Virus genome (UHGV): UHGV-1871327
Source of the DNA: a virus
Length of the DNA: 41,362 bases
Reading direction: 5' to 3' (one strand)
The notes beneath the pieces are model-generated. The model did not search any database and was not told where the DNA came from. It worked only from the letters and a program-made list of their open reading frames with translations. Positions within the stretch are counted from its first letter, which is position 1, and each line of letters starts with the position of its first letter. This document shows, in pieces, positions 18,612 through 26,394 of the stretch. Position numbers and translations under genes: made by a program.

Positions 18612-20347
18612 TCTTTCTCACCTCGCGCACCTTCCGGCAGGAAGTATTTTAGCTTTGTCCACAACCCCATCACAGCGTACCGGATGGCGTCCATGCAGTG
18701 GTCATCTATCTTTACCGGGACTTCTTTTCCCTTGTCGATGCTGTCTTTATCGTACATATATACTCCAAACTCCCGGATAGCGTTCTCCTGCGCCCGGCTG
18801 ACCATCATGACATCATAGGTCAATATCTTCTGCACCCGGCTGATTCCCAGCGCAACGTCATTCTCTGCATCCTTGATCCGAACAAACGGGCATTTGCGCT
18901 TGATCTCCTCTGCCAGACCTTTGGCAGACGGATCCAGGTACAGATAAATAATCCCATTACCGTAGCGCTTATTGATATCCTCAGCAAACGCCTTAAACTC
19001 CTCCGCATACTCAGAGGGGCTTTTCTGGTGACCAGATTCCCGACCAGAATGGTAATACTCTCCCAGGCCACGCAGCTTTTTCTTTCCAATATCCAGGCCA
19101 AACGCCTGGAAGGTTGTTGCGTTCTGCTGGCCGTAATCCCCGCCGATCCCGATGATATACCGCCCTTTTGGCGGCTCATCCACATGCTCCGATCGAAACA
19201 TGTAATAGATCGTTTCATCGATACCGGTCTGCTCACCCAGCCATACCCAGCGATACTGCTTTAGATCTATCGCCTGCAACTGCTCTGCGGATTCGATCAG
19301 CTTACGGCCAATCCAGGACACCGGAACCTCCCGGTAATCCACATGGACATGCACCGCATCCGGACGCAGCTCCATCTTCCGGCACCAGACATTGACTGGC
19401 GCGTTTGGATTTTTTGGCGGGTTATATAGATAAAGCATCCGGAACCCTTCATCGTTTCCACGGACAAAAGTGGCCTCGATATTGGTCAGCTCCTCCTCGC
19501 CTTCGCCGGAATCAAAAAATTCTGTCAGCTCATCCAGGACAACCAGCTTGATGGGCTTGTCCTCATCAATAATACCTTTGGTATCATCAATGCTGTCTGA
19601 CCCCGAGAAGTAGATCACGTTTCCGGTTCGCCGGCATCGGATCTCCATTGGGGTAATCCCAATGTCGAAATCCGACTTTTTAAGGCCCATCCGGGTAATA
19701 GCCCGGATCATTTCCTTGTACACCGTTTTCCGGATCTTGTTGTGCCGCTTCCGCAGCACTACCACTGCGGCAGGTTCATCCCTGCAGATCGTATCAATTG
19801 CAAGGATAGCGGCAAAACTGGACTTTGTCCCGGCACGGCCGGATGTGACGATCTGATGCTCATGCTCGTCATCATCATACAGCTCCCAGAAGGATGGGAT
19901 GATCAGATCGTGTGGATCCAGATGCTCCTGTTCTTCCGGCACTGGTTCTTTCTGTCGGACTTCAGCTTCCGCTTTCTGCTGCTGAGCCCTCATAAGCTCC
20001 ACCTTTGCCTGCTGTTCCCGAAGGTCCGCATCCGTATGCCCGCTCTGGCCGGCATACTGCGCGACGAAATAGGCGGCCTTGGTATTGCCGCTCATTGCTT
20101 CCCGGATCTGGGCCGCCAGCATGGCACTCTCCAGTGTGCTGTCCAGCCCCAGAGCTTCCAGAAACGGCGTCCACTCCGGGCTGTCAATTTTGGCAGTCAG
20201 AAGCAGGTTCAGTGTACGCCGGAAGTCGGCTCTGGCCCGGCGGACTTCCCCGGATCGCTGACCGCCCTTTGAAGAGATTTCTCGTAGTTCGTTCGTGGTT
20301 CGCTTGTCAAAACCTTTATCTTTTATGTTCTCATAGTTGGCCATCAC
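18608..20347 (-). CDS. terL: Terminase large subunit (PBSX/SPP1-like) with an N-terminal extension of about 140 aa
   Basis: 579 aa. ATPase and nuclease regions from about residue 150 (..VTSGRAGTKSSF.., ..VVLDELTEF..). No separate small-terminase ORF lies between the ArpU-like gene and this one. Confidence 0.9.
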   Translation of the reverse strand: MMANYENIKDKGFDKRTTNELREISSKGGQRSGEVRRARADFRRTLNLLLTAKIDSPEWTPFLEALGLDSTLESAMLAAQIREAMSGNTKAAYFVAQYAGQSGHTDADLREQQAKVELMRAQQQKAEAEVRQKEPVPEEQEHLDPHDLIIPSFWELYDDDEHEHQIVTSGRAGTKSSFAAILAIDTICRDEPAAVVVLRKRHNKIRKTVYKEMIRAITRMGLKKSDFDIGITPMEIRCRRTGNVIYFSGSDSIDDTKGIIDEDKPIKLVVLDELTEFFDSGEGEEELTNIEATFVRGNDEGFRMLYLYNPPKNPNAPVNVWCRKMELRPDAVHVHVDYREVPVSWIGRKLIESAEQLQAIDLKQYRWVWLGEQTGIDETIYYMFRSEHVDEPPKGRYIIGIGGDYGQQNATTFQAFGLDIGKKKLRGLGEYYHSGRESGHQKSPSEYAEEFKAFAEDINKRYGNGIIYLYLDPSAKGLAEEIKRKCPFVRIKDAENDVALGISRVQKILTYDVMMVSRAQENAIREFGVYMYDKDSIDKGKEVPVKIDDHCMDAIRYAVMGLWTKLKYFLPEGARGEKE

Positions 20348-20444
20348 CTCACCTTCCCATCTGGCTCTATATTATCACGTAAAAAGACACCCGGGAGCGG
20401 ATGTCTTTCGAGGGGTGTTATTCTGTTTTCGGCCTCATGGTCAG

Positions 20445-20517
20445 TCGCGACGGCCGGGATCGAACCGGCGACCTCCTGGTTATGAGCCAGGCGAGCTCCC
20501 AACTGCTCCACATCGCT
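20445..20517 (-). tRNA. tRNA-Met (CAT), initiator-like
   Basis: Manual cloverleaf fold of the reverse complement: AGCGATG-TG-GAGC-AGTTGGGA-GCTC-G-CCTGG-CTCATAA-CCAGG-AGGTC-GCCGG-TTCGATC-CCGGC-CGTCGCG-A, 73 nt, no encoded CCA. Mismatch at 1:72 and A11:U24 as in initiator tRNAs. Not checked with a tRNA finder. Confidence 0.55.
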
Positions 20518-20869
20518 ATGCTGCATTCCATGTAAACTACCCCGCTACGCCCTGCGTAAAACTGTTAAGGACTTCCGGAATGCCAGCCGCGTCCTCCGGG
20601 GTACTGCAATCACCGGATAGACCTTCATCTGCTGCGGCTGAAGTTTTTCACGGGATTGGGCTTCTGCAGTGTTGCCTTTAACCACCCGCTTCGGGTAGGA
20701 AAACGTGCTCCCATTTGACACATCGTTGAGAGGTGTGGGAGCTTCTGTTCTGATTTCGGCCGCCGGATGCCGTATACCAGCGGCCTATGAAGTTAGGGAG
20801 GAAAGAAATCAACATGGTCATTTCATACTTCCTTCAGTTTAATTATAACAGTTATTTTGGTTAATTGGG

Positions 20870-21295
20870 TTAATCTTTCAAAAGCTCACTGATTCTTTGT
20901 GTTACCCTCCCCCTGCTGTATCCCAGCGCTTCCGCAATTTCACGATGCGTTTTTCCCTGCAGGAAGCACATCTCAAAAATCTGCCTGTCCGCACTGTCCG
21001 GAATCCCGGCAATATACTCTTCGATCTCCGCGGCCAGGCGGCTGACCTCTTCCTGCCGCGCTCTTTTAATCCGCAGCCGGCGGTCGATCTCATCCGCTTC
21101 CTTCGGCTCGTCCATGTAGACCGGGTAGTGCGTCTCTATGTACGGCCAGTCATGGCTGGATCCGGTGACCTTTCCCATCACCGTCGGGATGTTCTCCGCC
21201 CGCTCCTGCAGACGCTCTATCCCCTGGTCGATCAGCACCAGCTCCTTCTTCAGCGCCCGGTACTGCTTCAGTGTTTTTCTGTCCACCGGCATCAC
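20870..21295 (-). CDS. Late-gene transcriptional activator (ArpU/RinA-like, sigma-70 region-4 HTH)
   Basis: 141 aa. C-terminus ..QIFEMCFLQGKTHREIAEALGYSRGRVTQRISELLK is a sigma region-4-like HTH. Sits directly upstream of the packaging genes. Confidence 0.7.
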   Translation of the reverse strand: MMPVDRKTLKQYRALKKELVLIDQGIERLQERAENIPTVMGKVTGSSHDWPYIETHYPVYMDEPKEADEIDRRLRIKRARQEEVSRLAAEIEEYIAGIPDSADRQIFEMCFLQGKTHREIAEALGYSRGRVTQRISELLKD

Positions 21296-21431
21296 CTCCC
21301 GTCATTTTCCGGTATCTCCGTCCGATCCGCAACGCCGGCACGTCTTGGGCGCTCTCCAGTAACTTCCGCGCCGTGGAATGGTTTGTATTATACTCACAGG
21401 CCATTTCCCGGACGCGCCGATCGTCAATCAT
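21150..21431 (-). CDS. Small HTH (excisionase/MerR-like) protein; extent uncertain
   Basis: MIDDRRVREMACEYNTNHSTARKLLESAQDVPALRIGRRYRKMTG is an Xis-type HTH. The ORF then continues with low-complexity sequence for 146 nt overlapping the ArpU-like gene. Confidence 0.35.
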   Translation of the reverse strand: MIDDRRVREMACEYNTNHSTARKLLESAQDVPALRIGRRYRKMTGGDAGGQKNTEAVPGAEEGAGADRPGDRASAGAGGEHPDGDGKGHRIQP

Positions 21432-21876
21432 GATGTCCTCCTGCCGTGGCCTGCTCTGGCTGGTACGGCTCCGAAAGCGGGCGCCAGGCAAGCACATACT
21501 CATTTCCCGGGCATATGATATCATTGTCCATAATAGTCCCTCTTTCGAAATTTGGGCGATAATACTGAAACTCCCAGTGCAGTGTATCAGGGCTAATCCG
21601 ACCTATCGTTACACATGCGTAATCCTCAAAATTTTCCCAGCTATAGCATTGATGGACTATAACTATTCTTCCAGGCTCCGGAAGTTGCTCCTCCACCGGA
21701 ATCCAGCCGTCATCCATGTTCTTTTTAATAATATTCTCGGCCTCTGACAATCCCTTATATTTTCCACGGGCTTCATCCAGTTCTCTGACATTAATTTCAA
21801 TCTTTAAAATTTCCAGGCATCTATCTTTCTTTTTCTTTATCTCTTCCAGAATCTTCTCTAATTCCTGCATCTTCAT
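21424..21876 (-). CDS. DUF551-like phage protein
   Basis: 150 aa. ..DDGWIPVEEQLPEPGRIVIVHQ.. resembles the DUF551 core. Confidence 0.5.
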   Translation of the reverse strand: MKMQELEKILEEIKKKKDRCLEILKIEINVRELDEARGKYKGLSEAENIIKKNMDDGWIPVEEQLPEPGRIVIVHQCYSWENFEDYACVTIGRISPDTLHWEFQYYRPNFERGTIMDNDIICPGNEYVLAWRPLSEPYQPEQATAGGHHD

Positions 21877-22349
21877 TCTCCTTTCAGCATTTCCGGGTTA
21901 TCGAAGATATTTCCGATCACTTCAAGCCAGTCTTCTGAGTTATCCAGATGTATCCCATATGATCCCTCTCTTTCGATGTAATAGACAGCATTTGATCCAT
22001 ATTTGATAAATCCGGTTATTTTTTTATGGTTGAAATATCCCGAAACAATATCATTCTCCCAGATCCGCTTACCGTTCTTGTCTTTCAGTCCGGTATACTG
22101 GCAGACATTTTCTGGATCAATATCAAAAACCACTGTATTTCTCGGCATATTCCAATCCGAAAAGCCATCCTGCATAATAACGTGTTGTTCATCCTCTGGC
22201 TTTACACTGTCACCAATGAGGCATATCGTCCTTTTGATGTGATATATGTAATACCCCTCTACCCACTCACCATTATCTATCCGCTTGGCACGGAATAATA
22301 TTTCTCGCATGGTCATTCCTCCCATTTCTTCAATCTCTGTCCGCACCAC
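21873..22349 (-). CDS. YopX family protein
   Basis: MREILFRAKRIDNGEWVEGYY.. is the characteristic YopX N-terminus. Confidence 0.75.
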   Translation of the reverse strand: MVRTEIEEMGGMTMREILFRAKRIDNGEWVEGYYIYHIKRTICLIGDSVKPEDEQHVIMQDGFSDWNMPRNTVVFDIDPENVCQYTGLKDKNGKRIWENDIVSGYFNHKKITGFIKYGSNAVYYIEREGSYGIHLDNSEDWLEVIGNIFDNPEMLKGE

Positions 22350-22603
22350 GGGCAGAACATAAACTCAACGTCTTTATCCATATCCGATCCACAAGCACAT
22401 GTAATGCTGTCATGGTCAAAAATACTTTGTTTACACATTTTCGCCGTATCCCGCTCCTTCAGCTCTCGGATCTCCGGCGGCGTCAGGCCGGTATCCTCGT
22501 ACTTTGCAAGTTGAGTTGTACAACGCTCATGACCACATCGTCTCAGATCAACTCTCGGAATTGCTTTTCCTTCATCTATCCATTGTGTTAATCTTTCCAT
22601 CAC
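22313..22603 (-). CDS. Hypothetical protein with C-terminal zinc ribbon
   Basis: 96 aa. ..CACGSDMDKDVEFMFCPWCGQ.. Cys motifs. Confidence 0.45.
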   Translation of the reverse strand: MMERLTQWIDEGKAIPRVDLRRCGHERCTTQLAKYEDTGLTPPEIRELKERDTAKMCKQSIFDHDSITCACGSDMDKDVEFMFCPWCGQRLKKWEE

Positions 22604-22773
22604 CGCACTTCCTCCAGCTTTTCAGCCTCTTCCTCTGTGATCTCTTCCCGGCTACCATCTCCATTATCGACCAGCCATCCCCGCTCCGTTCTTCCGATCA
22701 CGCAGCACATCCGGTAGGCCCGGCGGTCGTGGCGGTGGCGCTTATAGCGTGCTCCGATTTTTAGTGTGCTCAT
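22600..22773 (-). CDS. Hypothetical small protein (57 aa, unannotated)
   Basis: ATG at 22773 with RBS GGGAG. MSTLKIGARYKRHRHDRRAYRMCCVIGRTERGWLVDNGDGSREEITEEEAEKLEEVR. Conflicts with the first 32 nt of track ORF 22742..23014. Confidence 0.3.
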   Translation of the reverse strand: MSTLKIGARYKRHRHDRRAYRMCCVIGRTERGWLVDNGDGSREEITEEEAEKLEEVR

Positions 22774-23014
22774 TTTTTATCTCCCGTATATACTCTCTGT
22801 ATCTCTCTACTTCGTCCGAAATACTGTTCAAGATAGGAATTATTAAGTCCAAATCTTCAATTTTTCCACTCTCGTAGTTCTTAACTCTCTGATCGCTCAA
22901 TTGCTCTACAGGCTCCCATATGTCATTTTCATGTTCCAGACAAGCATCATGAATCATTACTTTCGTGCTATTCATTCCCGCTCTATCCTTTCCGAAATCA
23001 CAGCCGCAGATCAT
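22742..23014 (-). CDS. Hypothetical protein
   Basis: 90-aa ORF in the early-gene string; start uncertain. Confidence 0.35.
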   Translation of the reverse strand: MICGCDFGKDRAGMNSTKVMIHDACLEHENDIWEPVEQLSDQRVKNYESGKIEDLDLIIPILNSISDEVERYREYIREIKNEHTKNRSTL

Positions 23015-23279
23015 TCACATCGATCCCGGTCTCTTCCAGGATCGTATCATGCAGATCCTGGATACTAACATAGCCTCGCTTGTACGAATCCATTAGATCA
23101 TTCATCTTCCAGATCCAGCGGCTCAGTCGGGCATTTCCGAAACCGAACTCATCCCGCAGGGCCATGGCACCCAGCAGCAGGAATGCCTTAAATGACGTGC
23201 TGATCAGCTGATCGGCGTCCCGCCGGTTCTGCACCATTGGTCTGAGCTGTTTATTGTTGTAGTATTTCTGCTGTCTCAT
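22998..23279 (-). CDS. Hypothetical phage protein
   Basis: 93-aa ORF in the early-gene string. Confidence 0.45.
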   Translation of the reverse strand: MRQQKYYNNKQLRPMVQNRRDADQLISTSFKAFLLLGAMALRDEFGFGNARLSRWIWKMNDLMDSYKRGYVSIQDLHDTILEETGIDVNDLRL

Positions 23280-23479
23280 GATTCACCCCTTTTCTGTACT
23301 CTCTCCAGCTCATCCACAACCTGAATCACCATTCCACATACAAAATCTGTCTCCCCATACTGCTTGGACAGCTCCATGGATTCTTTTGCCGCCTTTTCCA
23401 GATCTCCGTCCTGCAGGTGCTTCCGAAAAAATCTCCAAAGATCTGTCAGAAAGCGGTAATACTGCATCGTGTCCATCAT
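23276..23479 (-). CDS. Hypothetical phage protein
   Basis: 67-aa ORF with 4-nt overlaps to its neighbours. Confidence 0.45.
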   Translation of the reverse strand: MMDTMQYYRFLTDLWRFFRKHLQDGDLEKAAKESMELSKQYGETDFVCGMVIQVVDELERVQKRGES

Positions 23480-23871
23480 AGCAACTCCGTAACCCGGATA
23501 TAGATCCCTGGGATCTCGGTCCAGAACTTTTCTGTAATCTCCCGGGCCACTTGGGCATCATCCTGCCAGAAATTTGTCACCGTCATGCAATCCTTAAGCA
23601 TCTTCTGCAGGTTATCTGTATCCGGCCGGCTGATCCGGTATTCACCGTCTTGATGATTTCCCCTGGGGAAGCACCATTTCGTGACTAATTCAAGTGCCCC
23701 CTTCAGTCCCCTCGACGGCTTATATTTTGCCAGATGACTTATAAGTTTCTGCCGTGCCCTCTTTAGTTCCGGCGGCTCATAGAAAACCGGCTTGCCATTC
23801 ACCACCCTCACCTGCTTTTCCTGATGGGTGCAGGTGGGTGGTTCCATTGTCATAAAAAATTCAATTCCCAT
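23476..23871 (-). CDS. rusA: RusA-family Holliday junction resolvase
   Basis: 131 aa. ..RPDTDNLQKMLKDCMTVTNFWQDDAQVAREITEKFW matches the RusA catalytic Asp motif region. Confidence 0.8.
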   Translation of the reverse strand: MGIEFFMTMEPPTCTHQEKQVRVVNGKPVFYEPPELKRARQKLISHLAKYKPSRGLKGALELVTKWCFPRGNHQDGEYRISRPDTDNLQKMLKDCMTVTNFWQDDAQVAREITEKFWTEIPGIYIRVTELL

Positions 23872-23923
23872 TCACTTTACCTCTTTAAAGTTTAAAAGTT
23901 GTTTCTCTTTCTGTTCTGCCTCC

Positions 23924-24174
23924 TGTCACGGGGAGGGGGGAAGGGAGACGGGGCCGGGCAACCTTTAGGCCCGTCCCTCTCCTACCCCCGTGACGACGCG
24001 CAGCGGAGGGGGAAATATTTACCCCTTTAGGGGTAGTGTCTTCCCCTCCACATGGGGAAGGCTGAATTTCAGTGTTTCCCTCCACATGTCCCATAGGAGG
24101 GGAAGGCTTATTTTTAGTCTTTCCCTCCATATTCTCCACGGAGGGGAAGGCTTAACTTTTAGTGTTCCCCTCCT
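23924..24174. repeat. Origin-like region: long imperfect palindrome plus 3-4 iterons (GGAGGGGAAGGCTTA..TTTTAGT..TTCCCTCC) with about 44-bp spacing
   Basis: Palindrome 23924-23995. Iteron units at 24006-24049, 24051-24088, 24097-24129 and 24141-24174, each itself an inverted repeat (GGAGGGAA...TTCCCTCC). Lies at the 3' end of the primase-helicase gene. Confidence 0.5.
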
Positions 24175-26392
24175 TCTGTTTTTCTGCCTTTTTCCGGACA
24201 ATTCCGTTTTCAATCTCATATCCTCCATGCTCCAGGATCCGGTCGCGGGCTGTTCTTTTGGACACTCCCAGGTAATCTGCCACATCGTCCACGGACGGCT
24301 CATCTCCAAAATTACTGCCTTCAAGCGCCGCCTCTACCGCTCGTCTGCGCTCCGCTTTCCGATCCTTCGCGTTCTTTTTATTGCTTTCTGTGCCCTTTTT
24401 CCAAGGCGGGAGCTCCGCATCTGGCTGGATATCCTTCAGGCTTCCCACCTCGTCTACCTTATGGATCGGATAGCTGAACCACAGGTTCACCGGTTCAAAC
24501 TTCGGAAACTCCCGCAGTGTCCCTTCTATCCGCCAGGCTGACAGATTCCTGACGCGGTTCCGGGCCGCTTCCACCTGTCCCTGCAGGGTCTTGAACTGCC
24601 ATCTGTCCAGCTTGTTTTCGCAGTAATTCAGCATCACGTTGCTGTTCAGCAGGTCGTCCTGGGACAGATCCTCCTGCCATTTGAAATGGGCATCCAGGTA
24701 CAGTCTACAGGCTTCACAGACCGCCTTATTTTCCTCTTGTTTCATCAGTGCTTCCGTCGTATCCAGTTCGATCAGATCCAGAAGCGCATCCGGATCCCGG
24801 GCAAACACGCCGGAGCCAGACGCCCGGTCCATGGATTTCTTCGCGCCCTGGCTGCCCTTGCTGTGATGGTGGCAGTAGATCACCGCGCATCCCAGCTCCG
24901 TACAGACCTTATCAAACTGGTTACAGAAATTCGCCATCTGATCCGCGCTGTTCTCGTCGCCGGTGATGACCTTATAGATCGGATCGATCACAATGGCGAT
25001 ATAGTCCTTTTTTGCTGCTCTCCGGATCAGTTTCGGCGCCAGCTTGTCCATAGGCACGGACCGGCCGCGGAGGTTCCAGATATCAATATTCCGCAGGTTC
25101 TCCGGCCGCCATCCCAGAGCTTCATATACATCCCGGAAGCGGTGCAGGCAGCTTGCCCGATCCAGTTCCAGGTTGACATACATCACCCGCCCTTTCGTAC
25201 AGGGCCAGGAGAGCCATTTCCGCCCCTCTGCGATAGCTATACACAATTCAATCTGCAGGAAGGATTTTCCTGCCTTGCTGGGGCCGGCCAGGAGCATCTT
25301 GTGCCCCTGGCGCAGCACACCGTCTATCAGGCAAGGGGACAGCTCCGGCAGATGGTCCCAGACGCTCTCCAAGCCTTCCGGATCCGGCAGATCATCATTG
25401 ACGCTTTCGATCCACTCCTGCCATTCGTTCCAGGATTCTTTTCCGATATTCGTATCCACCAGAAACTGCTTCCTGCCGGATCGTTCCACACCAGGCATCC
25501 GTGACAGTCTGGAGGGGTTCCGGTTCTGCGTATCTACCTTGATACCGTTCTTCTGGCAGACATCGTATAGATAGTCTACCCGTTTCCGGTATTCGGCGTA
25601 ATCCGCTGCATCAATCCGGACGATCGCGTGCAGGCTCTTCCGGCCGGAATGTACCAGCGCCGCAATCGGCAGCTCCAGCTCACGCAGGATGGCGTTCTGC
25701 TTTTCAATTTCCATGCCGTCGGATTCCACCAGGGCATATCGGAAATCTGATACGTTTTCATTCCGGACGCCCTTTCCATCCAGCGGATTGAAGCGGATCC
25801 AGGCGCCGCCTTCCGGGTCATAATCCCCAATTACGGAACCGATATCCCCGCCGCATTTTGACAGCGCTTCGATCAGCTGGCCGGCGGTACGGTCCCAGCT
25901 CCCACGGTCCTGCGGCACATATTTTCCCTTTTCGTTTTTCCAGCTTTTAACTACATATCCGACATTTTCCCCAGGTTCAAACAGAGTTTCCAAATACCGG
26001 ATCAACTGGCCGGCGGGATCCCAGTGCCTGGGCTCCTGCACCTCCTGGCCTTCGATCCAGTTTTTATCTACCACAACCCGGTCGCTGTCCGTTTGGATAG
26101 TGTCATCCCAGTCCAGCTCATGGCCCCGCTCCGGTACCCATCCGGCATCCATAGCCATCTGCACCAGGGTCCCGCCGGTTACGGGGCTGGCATTTCCCCG
26201 GAAGGTGCTCCATTTCCGCTCACACTCTCCTTTGTGGTACCGGTGCGGATCCCGCTGGCTCCAGGCATCCCAGTCCGCGGCCGCATACCCCTCCTGCTTC
26301 AGGGCCATGCCGACGTTTACCCATTCCTGATACTCCAGGCCGGCAGGATCTATATAGTTCAAAATCTCCAGGAGATCCGTTTTTTGTTCCAT
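24152..26392 (-). CDS. DNA primase-polymerase / replicative helicase fusion (prim-pol N-terminus + AAA_25/RepA-like P-loop domain + C-terminal HTH)
   Basis: 746 aa. Walker A LLAGPSKAGKSFL. C-terminal HTH ..VDDVADYLGVSKRTARDRIL. Confidence 0.8.
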   Translation of the reverse strand: MEQKTDLLEILNYIDPAGLEYQEWVNVGMALKQEGYAAADWDAWSQRDPHRYHKGECERKWSTFRGNASPVTGGTLVQMAMDAGWVPERGHELDWDDTIQTDSDRVVVDKNWIEGQEVQEPRHWDPAGQLIRYLETLFEPGENVGYVVKSWKNEKGKYVPQDRGSWDRTAGQLIEALSKCGGDIGSVIGDYDPEGGAWIRFNPLDGKGVRNENVSDFRYALVESDGMEIEKQNAILRELELPIAALVHSGRKSLHAIVRIDAADYAEYRKRVDYLYDVCQKNGIKVDTQNRNPSRLSRMPGVERSGRKQFLVDTNIGKESWNEWQEWIESVNDDLPDPEGLESVWDHLPELSPCLIDGVLRQGHKMLLAGPSKAGKSFLQIELCIAIAEGRKWLSWPCTKGRVMYVNLELDRASCLHRFRDVYEALGWRPENLRNIDIWNLRGRSVPMDKLAPKLIRRAAKKDYIAIVIDPIYKVITGDENSADQMANFCNQFDKVCTELGCAVIYCHHHSKGSQGAKKSMDRASGSGVFARDPDALLDLIELDTTEALMKQEENKAVCEACRLYLDAHFKWQEDLSQDDLLNSNVMLNYCENKLDRWQFKTLQGQVEAARNRVRNLSAWRIEGTLREFPKFEPVNLWFSYPIHKVDEVGSLKDIQPDAELPPWKKGTESNKKNAKDRKAERRRAVEAALEGSNFGDEPSVDDVADYLGVSKRTARDRILEHGGYEIENGIVRKKAEKQKEGNTKS

Positions 26393-26394
26393 AC

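Noticed and set aside
20344-20681. ORFs 20344..20526 (-) and 20337..20681 (+) upstream of terL
   Set aside because: They lie over the tRNA-Met gene and structured non-coding DNA. There is no RBS and the composition is odd.
23885-24541. ORFs 23885..24139 (-), 24019..24324 (-) and 23990..24541 (+); also a CRISPR-like appearance of the repeats
   Set aside because: The translations are Gly/Glu/Arg/Pro low-complexity artefacts of the iteron and palindrome array. The repeats have ~44-bp periodicity, are internally palindromic, and have no unique spacers of CRISPR size.
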